Shown: positions 24,130 through 38,059 of the stretch, piece by piece
How positions within the stretch are numbered: the stretch's first letter is position 1
Layout of the letters: each line of letters starts with the position of its first letter
Origin: Rhina ancylostomus
Taxonomy: Eukaryota
NCBI GenBank assembly: GCA_030265395.1
Contig: JARFYF010000017.1
Span: forward strand, 33,833,339-33,897,338
Length of the DNA stretch: 64,000 nt
Reading direction: 5' to 3'
Program-made: the position numbers and the translations under genes
The notes under the pieces: generated by a model
Told to the model about the DNA's origin: nothing
What the model saw: the letters and a program-made list of their open reading frames with translations, nothing else
The model's database searches: none

Positions 24130-24350
24130 AAAAGCAAAATACGGCAGATAGCTTTCTCATCACAGAAGCTGCCCTGTTTTCTGAGTATTTCCAGCATTTT
24201 ATTTTTTTTATTTCAAATCAATGACTGGTTGTTAGAACTAATGAAAGGTCATTGCACAGAGAAGCTAAATTTATTTTCCTCCCCATTGATGATGACTAAT
24301 CTGAGTTGTTCCAGCAATTTGTGTTTGTGTTTTGAATTTCCAGTATATGC
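24130..24350 (+). mobile_element. Degenerate tandem copy of the Penelope-like terminal-repeat family
   Basis: aaaagcaaaatacggcagat, ctgagtatttccagcatttt, ctaatgaaaggtcatt (mutated CUGAUGA core) and a second ctgagttgttccagcaattt. Confidence 0.55.
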
Positions 24351-24759
24351 TTAAATATTGCACTGCTTTTTTTTGCAATTATACAAAAAGTTGTTCTAAA
24401 AGTAGTCATAGAATGTTCATTGGAATCTATTACTTTAAAACAAATTTACCATCAGAAAAATGTTCAAATTAATCATATCCTATCATCTTTGTACTGCTGC
24501 AGTAAATCTATCAGATATATTGATAAGAGAGTTGTTGCCTCACATCACTCACTCAGTAAGTAGTGAAATCCACATTTAATACTTCGAATACTTATTAATT
24601 TTTTAACTTATTATCATGTAATGCATAGGTACTGCAGGGACTCTCAATCTCTCCTTGCATTTTTAGCATTATCCAGAGAAATGTGCGGTATACTGAAGAG
24701 CTTTTGGAAGATGTGTATTAATTGAAAAGTGTAATGGAAAACATTTTTTCTCTGTTTAG

Positions 24760-25402
24760 TCAAAGGCTAAATATTCCAAATTACACTTGAGACAAGCCAG
24801 CTGTGTACCTGAGGAAATTCATCAAAAAGTTCGGCAAGGATTGACAGCTCTGCGAGATTACAAATGTTTTGCACAAGATCTTGTTCAAATAAAAGGCAAA
24901 GATGTTCTTACACCAGTTTATCGACTACTTGTAGGAAACCCAGGCCACACATATCGCTACTTGGACACAAGGCTGTTTGCAATACCTTGGCCAACCCATG
25001 GTGTTGAGGTGAAGTACAGCAGTGATGAAATAGGTAAAGCCTGCCAAGCTATTAAAGATCTTAATGAATACTTTCATGGGGAAGCAGTGAAGATTTTGTT
25101 AGATCATTATTCAGCTGCGAATAAGGAAATGGGATTTGTGGAGAAGACAACAACTTCTACTTCAGTTGAGGGCTCTGAGAGTGTGAAAGGAGTTCATTAC
25201 AGTCAACAAAACAATGCTGATACTGTGCTAAAAAATAGAACTTCCTTTAATGTGGCTCTTTTGAACTACATGGACCCTTCAAAAATGAAATACTTAAAAG
25301 AGGAACCTTATTTTGGAATGGGAAAGATGGCTGTGAGTTGGCATCATGATGAGAACCTGGTGGAAAGGTCAACTGTTGCAGTGTATAACTACAGCTGTGA
25401 TG
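24760..25402 (+). CDS. FTO: FTO exon 3 (643 nt, phase 0-1); AlkB-like catalytic domain including the HxD iron-binding motif
   Basis: Acceptor ..tctgtttag, donor GTATGT at 25403. In frame with ORF 24787..25512. Contains KYSKL, GKDVLTPVYRLLVGNPGHTYRYLDTRLFAIPWP and LLNYMDP..YLKEEPYFGMGKMAVSWHHDENLVERSTVAVYNYSC, all diagnostic of FTO. Confidence 0.98.
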
Positions 25403-26866
25403 GTATGTATGGAAAGGAGTGGAGAATTACCGCATTACTACTTGCTGTTTTAATGTTTCCACCCCCTGAAGCTTGCTTCACACACAGAGGCTGTACACCT
25501 GCAAACTTGTAAACTAATTTAGATTTACTGTTTGCTAATTGTTTTAGAGTGCTGGAGAAATGTTAAATCGACATGTGTGGGCATACATGTTTCTGTATTT
25601 TATGGAATCCATTTTGTTTACATAAGTTGCCCTATACTTTTTATGCGTGCAGTGCTTGTGTGTACTGTAATTACCTAACTGGTTGGATGCCAAGAATATA
25701 AAATCTGTAACAAAAATTTCATTGCTGGGTCCCTCAGGTGCACATTTCAACTCGTATAAATGCTTTTATTGTCATTGACATCATCGTCTCTATTGGAGTG
25801 ATTTGTCAAAAATGAACTAGCAGTTGCTGCATGCTGATTTTATTACCATATACTTTGCTTTCAAGATACTACTTGGGTTAGCTTTGAACAGAAGTACTTC
25901 GTTTGGTTTCTACCATTGTTTGTAATATGCTTTCTTTGGTTTCTGTCGAAGGAACCCAGACATTACAAACAAATCTTTGACAAATGGTATGCCACATTTT
26001 TCATGCAAGTTAATCAAAAGAACACAGTTTTGGTTTATTTTATCTTCAAAATCATAATAATCTATCTTATTTGTTGTCCGTAATTATAGGAGCTTTTAAA
26101 TGCCTAACCTGTGTGCTTTGCTTGAACTTTGGGTTATAACGATAAAACTTTTTGGGGGAGAAAAGAAACTCAAAAAAATAACTCATTTTAACGAGCACAT
26201 TCCAAAGGTGCTGGATTTATTAGGAAACTCCAGGAAACCTTGATTGAAATTACTCTTTTTGATTGTAGTTCTGTATTTTATTGGTGCCATATTGGGAACA
26301 GTGTTGCAGTTGGACGATGTCTGCCAAAAGTTAGGGAAGTTCTGTCAAACAGACATCTAGTTAGCCCACAGAGGTTTCTTGCTGTACTTGTTATACTCCA
26401 TTCTGTTAAAGTACCTTCAGAGCAGTGTTGTTTGTATATTTTGTTCTATCACTACTGTGAAATTATGTTCTAAATTTTATGAGCAAGAACTTCAACAAAA
26501 TCCACTAAGAAACTTGCTATTGTGAGAGGCATTTTTTTTATTTGCATGCTCTAAGCTCAAACTATAGAGTATCCAAGATTGCAGCAGGCAATTGGGGCTT
26601 TTCATTATGTTTTTATTTACAGTTGAGCATAACTGAGATCACGACAGATTACAGTGCATATGTTAGACAATCGGACATTCTGATGTGAGGTTTCTGCAAT
26701 GCATGAAATCCCTAATCACTTAAGCACTGACTAAATTCATTAGTCTGCTTTATGTAATCTGCTTCTGAATATGCAGCTTGTCTCCAAAGGAGACGTATAT
26801 TTTACTGAGGTTTTTGAGGTTCTACTAAATCAATTTTACTCAACTCTTGCCCTTTCTCCTATACAG

Positions 26867-27016
26867 ATTTAGGACCTGCCTCAGATGAAAGCAACAAGAA
26901 CTCGGTTGAGGGCAGAGACCCAGCACTTTGGCATGTTGGCCTAAAAATAGCCTGGGACATTGCAACACCAGGGCTGGCATTGCCACTATACCCTGGCGAC
27001 TGTTACTTCATGCTTG
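26867..27016 (+). CDS. FTO: FTO exon 4 (150 nt, phase 1-1)
   Basis: Acceptor ..cctttctcctatacag, donor GTAACT. Translates (D)LGPASDESNKNSVEGRDPALWHVGLKIAWDIATPGLALPLYPGDCYFML, matching human [36 protein letters not shown]. Confidence 0.97.
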
Positions 27017-29289
27017 GTAACTTTCTTTTTAGCACTCTACCTATTGAGTTTTCCCAGTTCCCATGAATTACTCTGGGTAGTGCAGGTCAAGGAATTCAAA
27101 GGTTGCCTTAATAAAATCTGCAGGTATTCTAATCTTGTTTTTTTTAATGTAAAATATATGGGAACGGCTTCACTTATGATACTGTGCTTGTGATAGCTTC
27201 TGATATCCAAACCATTGTAGTAAAAGGACACAACATCAGGCGGTGGTTGGGAACTTTCCTCTGTTCAAAAAAATAACAAGAATTTGCATTGTTTATGAAG
27301 AAATTGTAATCTTTCTGACCACCTTTGGGTGATGTGTTCTTCATCACAGTCAACTAATCTAAAATTTTATTATAAGTCACATTTACCCATGTAAATACCT
27401 TCAGTGAAAAGAAGTGTTAGTACTATGAACTAATATTGTTAATCAGTCATTAAGTTGGAATGAAGCAGTTTGATATGAGTATTCTCATTCAATGTGTGTA
27501 GTTGGGATATGAGACAAAATGAAATTGTCCCGCTGTGCCATACCATGGGTAGAAATTTTGCTTTGAAACAAATGGTAATTTGAACTTCATGGTTTTTTTA
27601 TATACAAAGGAAACAGTTTCACTTAATTAACAATAAAATATTGGTCTGCAGAGGAAGTGTGTACTGGGTCCTGCTGTCTCAGATGCAGGTTCCAGTGTGT
27701 CTGATACATGAGTTGTTCTGTGTGAGCCATAAATTCACACACACACACTAAGAAGGTGTGTGAAAGGTTTAATGCGTACTGTGCCTAGAAGTCTAGTTAA
27801 ATAGGACTGTTATAGATTCAGTGCTAAAGAATGTGAATATTGTCCTCTCCTAAATACTTGGAACAATGATGCTTCATCTATACTTACCCATGTTGACATT
27901 TGGTCCGTTAGAGAGGAAATCAACATAGAGGTTTAGAAGTGATAACAGAGTGATGACTATGTGCTTACCCTGGTTATGACCTTGTCACGGAGACACTTAT
28001 GCTATCAAATATCAGCCCCCAGTCAACTCATATGTATCAATACTTTTTTTAACAAAATGGGGCTTTGGTATATTTTTGATGGGGCTTGAACTTTGCAGTG
28101 ATTTTAATAAAGTAATTACGGAATGGAATAGGTAAATGAGTCCATACTTAGGAATCATAGGTAAATGTGACACTTAGTTGGTGATTTAAATAAATAGTAT
28201 AACCAAAAACATATGGGACATTTGTAGTTCTAAAACAAAACAAGTTTTTAAAAAATGCATACTTTTTTTCCCTAATTTATAGTTTCCCACATAGTTCCCT
28301 GATTGAGAGATGGTGCTGACATATGTGTTACATGCCAGTTTGTAATGGATCAGGGCATCCTATACCATTCAGGATTGACATAATATTCTTCTTATTTGGG
28401 TGAGCAATTTTTTTTGGCCACAAAGAATGAAGACAAAGGATATTCGCACAGGAAACCTGGAATTGTGGGCTTCTGGATGTCTGGTGAAGCGCAACATGTC
28501 TTATAAGTTTTCTCAACATATTACTTGACTAACCAATTGCTGTTTTGGTTAGCAAGCTGGCAAGAAAGCAGCCGAGGAATAAATGTCAAGTTTGTAGGAG
28601 ATAGCAGTAAAGGTGACAAGTGAAATTGAAAGTTGTGGAGAGGATATGGAACGGTTGAGATTATGGGGAGTGGGCATGGATGGGAGAGACAAAGTTTAGG
28701 GGAGTGGAGGTGATGTGCATAGGATTTGAAGATTGCTGACCAGGGGATTCTGAGAACAAGAGGGCAATGGGTGTCGAAGCTCAGTGTAACCGAGATGCTC
28801 AGTATGCATTGGAGATAATGGGTAAGAGGAAAGGTGGAAAACATGAGGGAAAAGTGGGAATTCATTGATTTCAGTGTGAAAAACATTGGGTGTTTGTGGG
28901 GAAAAAGAGAAACCAGACATTGCAGCATCTGCAAAAAGGTTAGTTGAATGCTTATGTTTAAATCTGTAGTGGTCTGAGGAAACTGAGACATTTTAAAGAT
29001 TAGGTAATTATGAAAATGTGGGGTAGTTAGTTCTGTGCTCAAAGGTAGAATTATAGGGGCGGGAAAGGAAGAAGAAAAGTCTCTCTGAAGTAGAATGTTG
29101 CATGAGTAAGCTCTAGGGAACAGAGAAAAGCACTGTCAGCCCAATCAAGACACTTATCCCATGGATCTGATTCTTGCCTTTTTATCTGGTGAGTTTCAAG
29201 ATCTATGGGTCTTCAAGGGTTAAAAACAAAACATAGTTAAATGAAAGTGTACACCCTCCTTAAAAGAAAATTTATTGACCAACCTTATG

Positions 29290-29510
29290 AGAAACGTGGA
29301 GAGTGGAATAGAGACTTTATGAGAAGCAGGGTGTTTGTGGGAAACCATGGACTCAGTGGATACCAGTCACTGTCCTATCCCTTGAAATGGAGGTAGTCTA
29401 GGAAGGGAAGGCAAGAGTTAGATGGACCAGGTGAAAGTAAAAGCAGTGTGGGAATTGGCAGCAGCAGTGATAGAACTGTAGGTTCTGTTTGAGAATAAGA
29501 AGCAGTACCT
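29290..29510 (-). mobile_element. Penelope-like retroelement reverse-transcriptase fossil
   Basis: Minus-strand peptides across frameshifts: GTASYSQTE, ANSHTAFTFTWSI, LPFLD, SISRDR, HPASHKVSIPLSTFL. They are colinear with recalled PLE RT motifs (NFHP.L.FTWSIS..SLPFLD..V.I...HP..CK.SIPFSQFLR). Confidence 0.65.
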
Positions 29511-30539
29511 CCCTGCTCACCCACCTTTCCCAGCTGACCCACCTTCATTAAAAGTGGGCGGGCAGAACAATAAGAACTTTACCAGCGGCCTTCATGATCC
29601 ATCTGTGTTTAGAGATTAAATGTCCAGCCCGTCCCTCCCACCCCCTATCTTGGACTGTGCTCCATTATTCTAAAAGATCGTTCCTCAACCATTGATAATG
29701 TATAGCAATCCATCATATGGAAACTTTGAAGGAACTTGTACCTTTTCCCCTCACTTCCACCATAACATCTAATTTTAAATGTTCTGAATTGATTTTTGAA
29801 TTATACCTGTGGCAAACTCAGTTAATTGCATTTGCCTAAATATGAAAACTGCAAAGTTACCAAATTTTAACTATGTTAACTGATTAGCTTTGAGTTTCAT
29901 GAAAGGTATGAAGATGCCAATATGGGAGCAATCTGAATGGATAATTTGAATGAATATTGATACACTGCTAGAAACTAGTAAATATGTTTAACAGGAAAAA
30001 TCTGGAGGCTATTTCAAAATTTGCTTTTGGCTCAGTCAAAACCAAACAAGTTTTTTAATCTATTCGCAATAGTTAGAACTTAAAACAACTATAAGTTCCT
30101 GTCAAATATNNNNNNTTAAGCAATTCACTATGGTTAGTAACCTAAGTTGCCTTAAATGATTTTCACACTGCATTCCACACACTTTCTACACTGTAAATTG
30201 TTTTTATTGAAGAGTAATTATAACTCCTGAATGTTGTATTTTTTTTTATTCAAATTATGCAGTTTTCCTTAACATGCAACATCTGCTGAAAAGATTACAC
30301 TTACAAAACTAAGCCCAGAGGACCGTAGATGCTTGTAGCACAAGGAGGCCATTTAGCCTATTGTATCTACACCATCTTTTTGCTAAAGTAATTCAAAACA
30401 AATCCCACTGGGGTACCTTAGGGCAAAATAGCTAACATTTTTACCCCATTTATTTGGTGTATACTAGTAACTGCCATTTTTCAATCATTGCTGGCCTGTT
30501 AAGTTTAAAGGTGACAAATCATTGGAATCAAATCCAAAG

Positions 30540-30840
30540 GATTGCATGAGCCCTCATTTAGAAAGGCACAGATCAACCAGGGATAGACAGCATGGATTTG
30601 TTATGACTAATTTGATGGAATATTTTTGTAATGATTTAGACTGACATATAAGGGGGTGCATATGGGCCGGGGAGGTGGTTCTGGGGACGATGATGTTAGC
30701 AGATGCTAGGAAAAAAAGTTGGCATAGTTGACAATGAGAAGAAAAGCTTTAGATTGCTAGAAGATATAGGGGGTTTGATCAATTGAGCACAAAAGTGGCA
30801 AATTTAATCTAGAGATAATGCATTTGTGGAAGTGTTACAA
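30540..30840 (+). mobile_element. Very decayed CR1-like RT fragment
   Basis: agacagcatggatttgtt (QHGFV), gactaatttgatggaatatttt (TNL.E.F), gcagatgctagga..ttgg (ADDTK-like). Confidence 0.55.
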
Positions 30841-31769
30841 CCGAAGAAAACCTTTTGAGCCAGGTAAGACCTTGATATTCCAATTTTCTGTCTTTCTTGA
30901 AGACATGGTTTTTATTCATGGCAGGCACACTTAGATTTCAGTGTTAGCCAAACTCAGACAATGCCTTGATTACTCAACAGTCAAGATTAATTTTTCAACC
31001 GTTGAGTTTATAAGTCATCTAAAACATTGTTGGTTTCCACTAGCTTATTTATAAGTTGTACAATTATAAGATGAGATGTTTACTTGATACTGAGAGAACG
31101 AACTTGATTCTTTGTCAGGCATTGTGACTTAAATATTCAATTACCTCACTTGATCCTGTGAACTGCCAAGTCTGTCTTCTATCTTATGTTGGAGGGACTA
31201 TATCCTTGTTTGGCAAACTAAATCTACATATAGATCATTGATGTTACTTAGCTTGAGATCTTAGCATTATTTTATACAATGTAATGAAGATTATTTTTGA
31301 CTGGACTGCTAATATTTGAATTTTTTGTAATGTAATATTGCCCAGCTTTTAATTCTAAAGAGCAAATAATGGTAAATTGTAAACATGTGTATCCTCATCT
31401 AAAGATGAATAATTTATCTTTGCAGACCTAATCAAATAACCCTGTAAGTTGCACGTAAACTGCAGTTTTGCCTTTCTAGTCGATAGTTATGTTACAGTTT
31501 CAACTGATATATGCTGTGAATACAGGAAGACAAGAATAGAAGAGTGAAGGAGGGTGAGGCTGAGACACACATCCAACCCTCTACAGTGTGTGCTAGTTTT
31601 CTTTCTGCCTGTTTCAATGTACTGCTGTTAATCAAGATCACCTTTTACTTTGTACATCACCCTCATTGATTGTTCTAGTCATCAAAAAAGTTGTTCATCA
31701 AGAGGAATATGTGCCTAAAGCAATATTGCATATTGTGAATACTGAAGGGGTCCAGGAAAAGATAGAAGA

Positions 31770-31915
31770 AATGTTTGATGTCTGAGACCCTTATAGGGGT
31801 CTATACTCTTATGCCCAGTCTGACAAAGGGTCTTGGACCTGAAACGTTATCTCTGTTTCTCTTTCCATAACTGTTGCCTGATCTCTTAAGTGTTTCTAGC
31901 ATTTTCTGTTCTTGA
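31770..31915 (+). mobile_element. Penelope-like terminal-repeat copy with mutated hammerhead-like core
   Basis: 31820-31848 reads CTGACAA-A-GGGTC(TTG)GACCT-GAAACGTT, followed by the family arm ctctgtttctctttcca..gttgcctgatct..tttctagcattttctg. A short inverted remnant lies at ~31770-31793. Confidence 0.65.
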
Positions 31916-32184
31916 AATAAATTGATTTGGAAATGAATAACAAACAACATTTTAAGCTTTCACCTTTGATTTAGTGTTGCAGTTGAGTGACAGAAATGCA
32001 TTCACAAAGAAGACCTGGTCATCAAGATCAGAATCTAATCTGATAACATTGAATTAATGTATCTGATACACCTGAGGGGCTTATTGCACGAGATGATCAT
32101 TAATTACTTGGGATGTCTGACTATCCACGAATATTAAGAGTTATCATTATACAAAAACAAGTAAAACAAGGTTGAGAGCAGTAT

Positions 32185-32470
32185 GTTAGGGGTTAAGGAT
32201 GATCTACTTCCACATCAGATCTGTGGGTCCTGTGGTGATTGAAAAGGCCAAAGTGGAATGAATTTCAACATCACACCTCCTTTGCTGAATGATGGCTCCT
32301 TAGAGATTGAGTATTTTCCAGGGTCTTGTTGTGCAACTATACTGTCAGAGGATGGCATTGTACAGCATGGGAAGGTTCGTAGAGGCCCTTTTGTTTTGAG
32401 GGTATGGAGTGCAAGGCCCAGTGAATGAAATGATCATGACTTGGAGCTCAGCTTCTTTGTGCACATACAA
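32185..32470 (-). mobile_element. Possible RTE-clade LINE 3' remnant
   Basis: aggatgatctacttccac..gtgggtcctgtggtgattgaaaaggccaa resembles a recalled reverse-complement RTE 3' end. Highly diverged. Confidence 0.35.
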
Positions 32471-34611
32471 TCCTTGAAACATTTAAGCAAAAGATTATTC
32501 AAAACTATGTTTTGGTATCTGTGTTTCTATCAGTCCTTGTTCACCACTGTGACTAATAATAAATTTAAATTCAAATATAAAAGTAAACTAAATATAGAAC
32601 TGTACTTAATATTAGAAGTGTAAACCATTCACTCTCATGTTCCAGAAATTAACTTTAGACATACAGTATATAATAATGCTTTCAGGCTGTGTTATTTCTT
32701 TGGCAATAAGATGTATCTCCTCCTTGTGCGCCTTCTCCCTATTCGTGACCTTTTTCTGATTATTTCAACCCAGGATTATGGTGAAGAGTTCTCCTCAAAT
32801 TTGCTGCCTTAGTTTTTATTCTATACCTGCTTTATATTGGCAAGAAACAACAGACACCAGAAGCACTCACTTTTTGAAATGTTTCTAACACCAATGAATA
32901 ATTAAGTATTTGCCAAAAGTTGTCTGGAGTAATTTTCACACTGGTACAATTCACAATCACTTTTTAACTGTGTGTTATGCTAATCTATTTAATAAAACAT
33001 TACACCAGGCATGTGCTCAGTGACTTCAATGGGCAATGATTCTTTCTTGTTTGCTGACATCTTGAAGGTCTTTTGGGGTCAAAATTGTGAAAATTCTTTT
33101 TAAACTCAATTCAGCACTTCACAGTGAAATGCATTTTCAAATAAATGTCAGCATCTTAATCATAATTAATCCTTAAATTGAAAGTGCTATATCTTGCATA
33201 TAGACATTTGAACAGATGGGTATTTTGGTATTTAATAAAGTTGTCAATTGGAGAATATAATTTGAAGAAATAAACAATGAACTCTTCCAATCATGAAACC
33301 TAATTCATAGTACATAGGGAATGAGTATATGTAGATGAATGTTATTGTATGTTTCCTGTTTTCTTATAATTACAAATATATCAAAACACAAGCTAGTTTT
33401 AAAACTATAATATTTTGTAATTCCCCAAGTAAATCATGATGTTTAGTTCTAGTACGTTTTGTATTGGCCCTTAACAGTTTATATTTAAAACATCATAGTA
33501 TAATCTGAAGGATGCCTCAGAATTTCAATACAAATGGATATGCTGGGTTGAAGGGCTTATTTCTAAGTTGTAAAGTTTGGGCTACCTTCTTTGCCACATT
33601 ATTTCCTAGTAAGTTTATTTTATTTATTATCTAACTAAATAGAGTGATTTGGGGGAAAAAAGGAAAATGTAGATGCCAGAACAATGGTTTATTTGACAAT
33701 TATGTGTTTTGATCATGAGAAATGGACCAGGATTAGAGAGATTTTTTTTCAATAATGCTAGATGACTGAAGGTGTCCTGTTTTACAGCTATTTTCCTTAG
33801 ATAAAGATTAGACTCTGGCCATTCCTGATCCACACATGGATTATTACAGCCCATTTGCCCCTGTCTACTAGTTTGTTAATGCTAAATGCAAAAAAAAAGT
33901 AAGTTTTTGCATGATGTTCACAGATTGTGATTTAGTAGAGGAGACAAAGTGCAATTGAAGAATGATTGCCCATCGCATAAACATGTTAATGTCTTCATCA
34001 GCTCTCAATGCAAAGTTGCGAAATTAATACATGTAAATACACTAACTATATTATAAGAATAATTAGTAAAGTTGGAATATTTGAGAACTGCAAAGCAGTG
34101 CTGTAAATAAGAGTCTTTCTGCAGTAATGTGGAGCCAGTGAAAGAATTATAAAAATTGGTCACAGTTGAAAGTGTGAAGAGAAAAGGAAAAAGAGAAACA
34201 ATTACTGGATAGATATGTCATAATGCTTCTTCACTGCACTGAATATTTCTGAATAGAGGATTGTCCTGTTAAAAGTTTCTCATTGTGACTGAAGATATTT
34301 TTTTTGCAATTTAATGATGATTGATAAAGTGCCATCATGAAAATAAGGATCACATTCATTTTTTTAAAATACTTATTTTAACTACATGCCTCCCAGCCAA
34401 TTCTGATCCTTTAGTATTCTACACATTTTCAATTGATTTCCTGATATCCCTGATCCTACAGGTTCAGGTATATATTGAAGTATGACTCTTGTTTGATTTA
34501 TCTGTTGTGTGCATTGTACAGTACCTAATTTTCTATCTTCAAAGATTAAATTTCATGTTTAATATTTTTACATGGATTAAATATGATTTGTGTCTTATAA
34601 TCTGTTCTTAG

Positions 34612-34691
34612 ATGATCTTAATATGACCCATCAACATTGTGTGCTGTCTGGAATGCAATCTCGATTCAGCTCTACCCACAGAGTGGCAGAG
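34612..34691 (+). CDS. FTO: FTO exon 5 (80 nt, phase 1-0); distal iron-ligand His and 2-oxoglutarate-binding Arg residues
   Basis: Acceptor ..tctgttcttag, donor GTAAGA. Translates (D)[26 protein letters not shown] versus human [27 protein letters not shown]. Confidence 0.97.
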
Positions 34692-35294
34692 GTAAGATTG
34701 GATGTTAAAATGTACTTGCTATATTTATGCTCTGTTACTGAAATGTCTTTTTTGACCTGGTAACACAATTGTCAGAGTCATGCACCATATGAATATTAAA
34801 AGGTGCATCTGCAGTCTGCAGTTCTGAAGTCTATTTCTCTCAGCTATTGTGACCTAATACACTATAAACCTGAAAATTGAATAAAAGATTATTTTGATAC
34901 CCAGGTGCTTTATTCAAGATTAAATTGTATATTATATGTGTGTCACTAAACACATGACCCAATAAAGCTAGATCAGCTATTTGTTAAATCTCTGTTAACA
35001 TATCCTACTTTTTATTAAATGATCTGAAGCGAGGATAGAAAATTGAGGTATATAAAGAGATTTTTAATGTACTTATGACAAGAACAAAATAATGTTTCCT
35101 TACTATTTATTCCAATTTGGCATATGACATTAAATTTTATTGTGTGATAACTAGAACTAAAGGTTAAATTTAAATTTTGAATGACTTCTGTGTCAAGCAG
35201 CTAATAATAAGATTGGGTTCCCCCACAGCATTATCAATTTGAGGGCTAAGCCATTTTAATGGTTCATCCAAAAAAAAATTGGTGGGCTGCTGTT

Positions 35295-35632
35295 ATATAC
35301 AAAACTATTTAGGGGCATAAATAGGATAGGTAGTAAGAAATGTTTCCTCATAGCAAAGGTGTATAAAGTCAGAGAGCATAGTCTTAAGATAAGGAGGTGG
35401 AGCTTAGAGGGCATCTGGAAATTTTTTTTTCACCCAGAGGGTGTTTGGAATCTGGAATGCACTACTGGTGAGTTGGTGGAAGCAGAGACTCTCACAACAT
35501 TTAAAAAGTATCTTGGTGAGTACTTGAAGCAACAAGGCATAGAAGGCTACAGGCCAAGTACTGGAGAATGGGGTTTTGAGAGATGGGTCAGCATGAATGT
35601 GGTGGGCCGAAAGGCTCATTTCTATGCTGTGA
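35295..35632 (+). mobile_element. CR1-like LINE 3' fragment
   Basis: ORF 35359 reads HSLKIR..FFF..VWNL..LVEAETLTTFKKYL. Tail gtggtgggccgaaaggctc..tatgctgt. Confidence 0.8.
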
Positions 35633-38059
35633 ATTAATTGGAGAACAAGGTTTCAAATGAAGGCACATTTACTCACCTCAAATCAAGATGAACTTTCGTT
35701 TGCTGGAAATTCTTGTGACTTTGAGCTGTAACCTGAACAAGGCACGAGCTTCATGATTTAGTGGTTCAATGGCAATGATCCTCTCATGTAGTTAAGGACA
35801 TGCAGGTTGGTCATTTTCCCCACTAATGGCAGGTGAATAATCATACAGGCAGTGCAGCAGGCTTAAGAGGAAATGACTAAAGCTAGCAATGTCAGATTGA
35901 CCCGGGTTGCTGCAGTGTATCAAGTGCTTCAGTGCTCTAACCCAGACAAAAAGGGTGAATATAATCTCTTGCTGCCTCTGATTACTTGCACTAATTGCCA
36001 TATCAGCCTCTCACTTCATTATCCATATACCTCTCAACACTGATGTGCATACTTTCCCTTCCATCATATTGGAGCAGTGAATAAACTTCCTCCTTCTATC
36101 GAATCACATCCTCATTGGCCGCTAATATTTGCTGGTAATATGTGGAATACATTTCAATCTTATGCCATCTGCTTTGTTGTCTGCTTTGTGCACGTGACTG
36201 TTCACAGCTTGTTTCTTTCTCCCTCCCACTATGCCGCTCCACAAATTTGGCAACTCATTTTTTTTCCCAAGTTCTACACAGTACCTTACTTGGATTCCTT
36301 TACCAATTCAAGACTCCACCAGGAAGGGGGCCAGGTGGAGGAAGAATGTGCAGCGATGGATAACTTGTCAAGCATCAGTAGCTGTAAGGCTATAGCCATA
36401 CTTAAGAATGTGCCTGCCGTTACTTTTACCTGTAACTTTTCGAAAGCCAATTATCCTTAAGATAATGTTACAACATAGTTTGCTGAAAGTTCTTTCCTAT
36501 TGTTATCTTTTAGTGCCATTCTAACTTTTGCTTCTTTCCCCTTTCTACTAATCCAAATGTATGCTTTGCTCTATGATGCTTCTAAAATACTTAATAATGG
36601 TGAGCCCTTTTTGACAAGCATCAACACTTGCTTTCTCTCTTTTAAGCATAGCAACCGGAATTCCAATAATGAATTACAGGCCAAGCAGAAGAATCAGAAA
36701 GCACATGTAGAAGGAGCAGGCTGGTGACTGCTCTCAAGAGTACAAGCTTGAGTCCTTCCATTAAAGAGAACAGAGAAGCAACTTGAGGGGAGAAGCCTTC
36801 AAAAGAAAGCTGCTATTTGACCACCAGCAAGTGTCAATATATTTGACAAGCTAATTAGGAACTGCAATTTTCAAATCTGAGCAGTCCAACTTCTCTCCAG
36901 TAGAGAGTTAAAATTGGCCCCACTGTGTTAATGAACCTCAAATATCTGTTATGTGAATCTGGAGCTCAGCTAACTTGCATCAAATAAATCCTTCATAGGA
37001 ACATTTTACCAAAATAACTGAAGTAGATTTAGTGCTCAACTTTGACATTTAAGTATCAGGAAAGTGAACTGAATCTAGTTTAAATAGATTATGAATGATA
37101 TTACAAGTTTGTTTCAACTGGTAACCTCAAACTTCAAAAATGTAGCTGCTTTTAATAGTCAAACGATGTTCCAGTGAGTTTATAGTTATAGAAGCTGATG
37201 TGATTTCTAATATCTTAGTCTTCAGACAAGTGAAAAAAGTTAGCAAGGCTAAAAAAGTCAGATTATCATGTGTCCTTTCTGTGGCACCTAGAAGGTGCAA
37301 GGAGATAGACAAGGATGTTCCTNNNNNNNNNNGTTTGAAGCAACATTTAAAAGAAGTTCACATTTAGTTCCTTGTATATACTGAGCAAACTGTTATAAGA
37401 TGTTGTGACAGAAGGAGCAAAAATTGGCAGGTGTATATACTGCATAAAAAGGACTAATCATATAGAACAGGCCATCCTTGACCATTGTGTAATTTACTAA
37501 TAATTCTATGTTTACAGAAAATATTGGTTGGTTATCTAAAAAGGATACACTTACAATTTCCAATTTATTTCCTCTGAATATCTGTTCTTTAAGTCTCACA
37601 CTTTCTTTTGGACCTCAGCTTCCAAGTTCCTCCAGAGCTGTTTCTTTTTCCTTAAGATGTGAATCCAGGAATGCCTTGTGTTTGTAATTAATTAGTTTCT
37701 AGATCTCCCAGCTATTTCCATCAAACCAGACCTGGTGCTTTCTGGTAGAGAAATCAAGAGTCCTTTTGTGGGTGCTAATTATGGTGGACTTCAGAGCTGT
37801 CTGGGTGTTGTGAGCATTTTTGAAGTTTCATTTCGCTGCAAGTAGTAAAGTTATGTCTGAGGAAAGCATTCTAACTAGAACGTATCTAAAGCCTTTGCGA
37901 GATCCAATATATATGACTGTTGCTTAATGTCTTTTAGAAGTGGACACAATTGGTTATGATGGTGTGAACTTTGGGAGGGAGACATTTCCCAATCTCTTAT
38001 AGTTTAAAAGAATACTCAGCAATTTTTTTCTACCAAAGTGAGTAAATGAGCTGTTAACC

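Noticed and set aside
25403-25512. ORF 24787..25512 continues past the exon 3 donor (GMYGKEWRIT...)
   Set aside because: FTO homology stops exactly at the GTATGT donor, so this is chance intronic read-through. The ORF 'start' is an internal TTG (Leu).
36077-36460. 127-aa ORF in intron 5
   Set aside because: GTG start, no recognisable domain and no convincing splice context; probably decayed repeat or chance.
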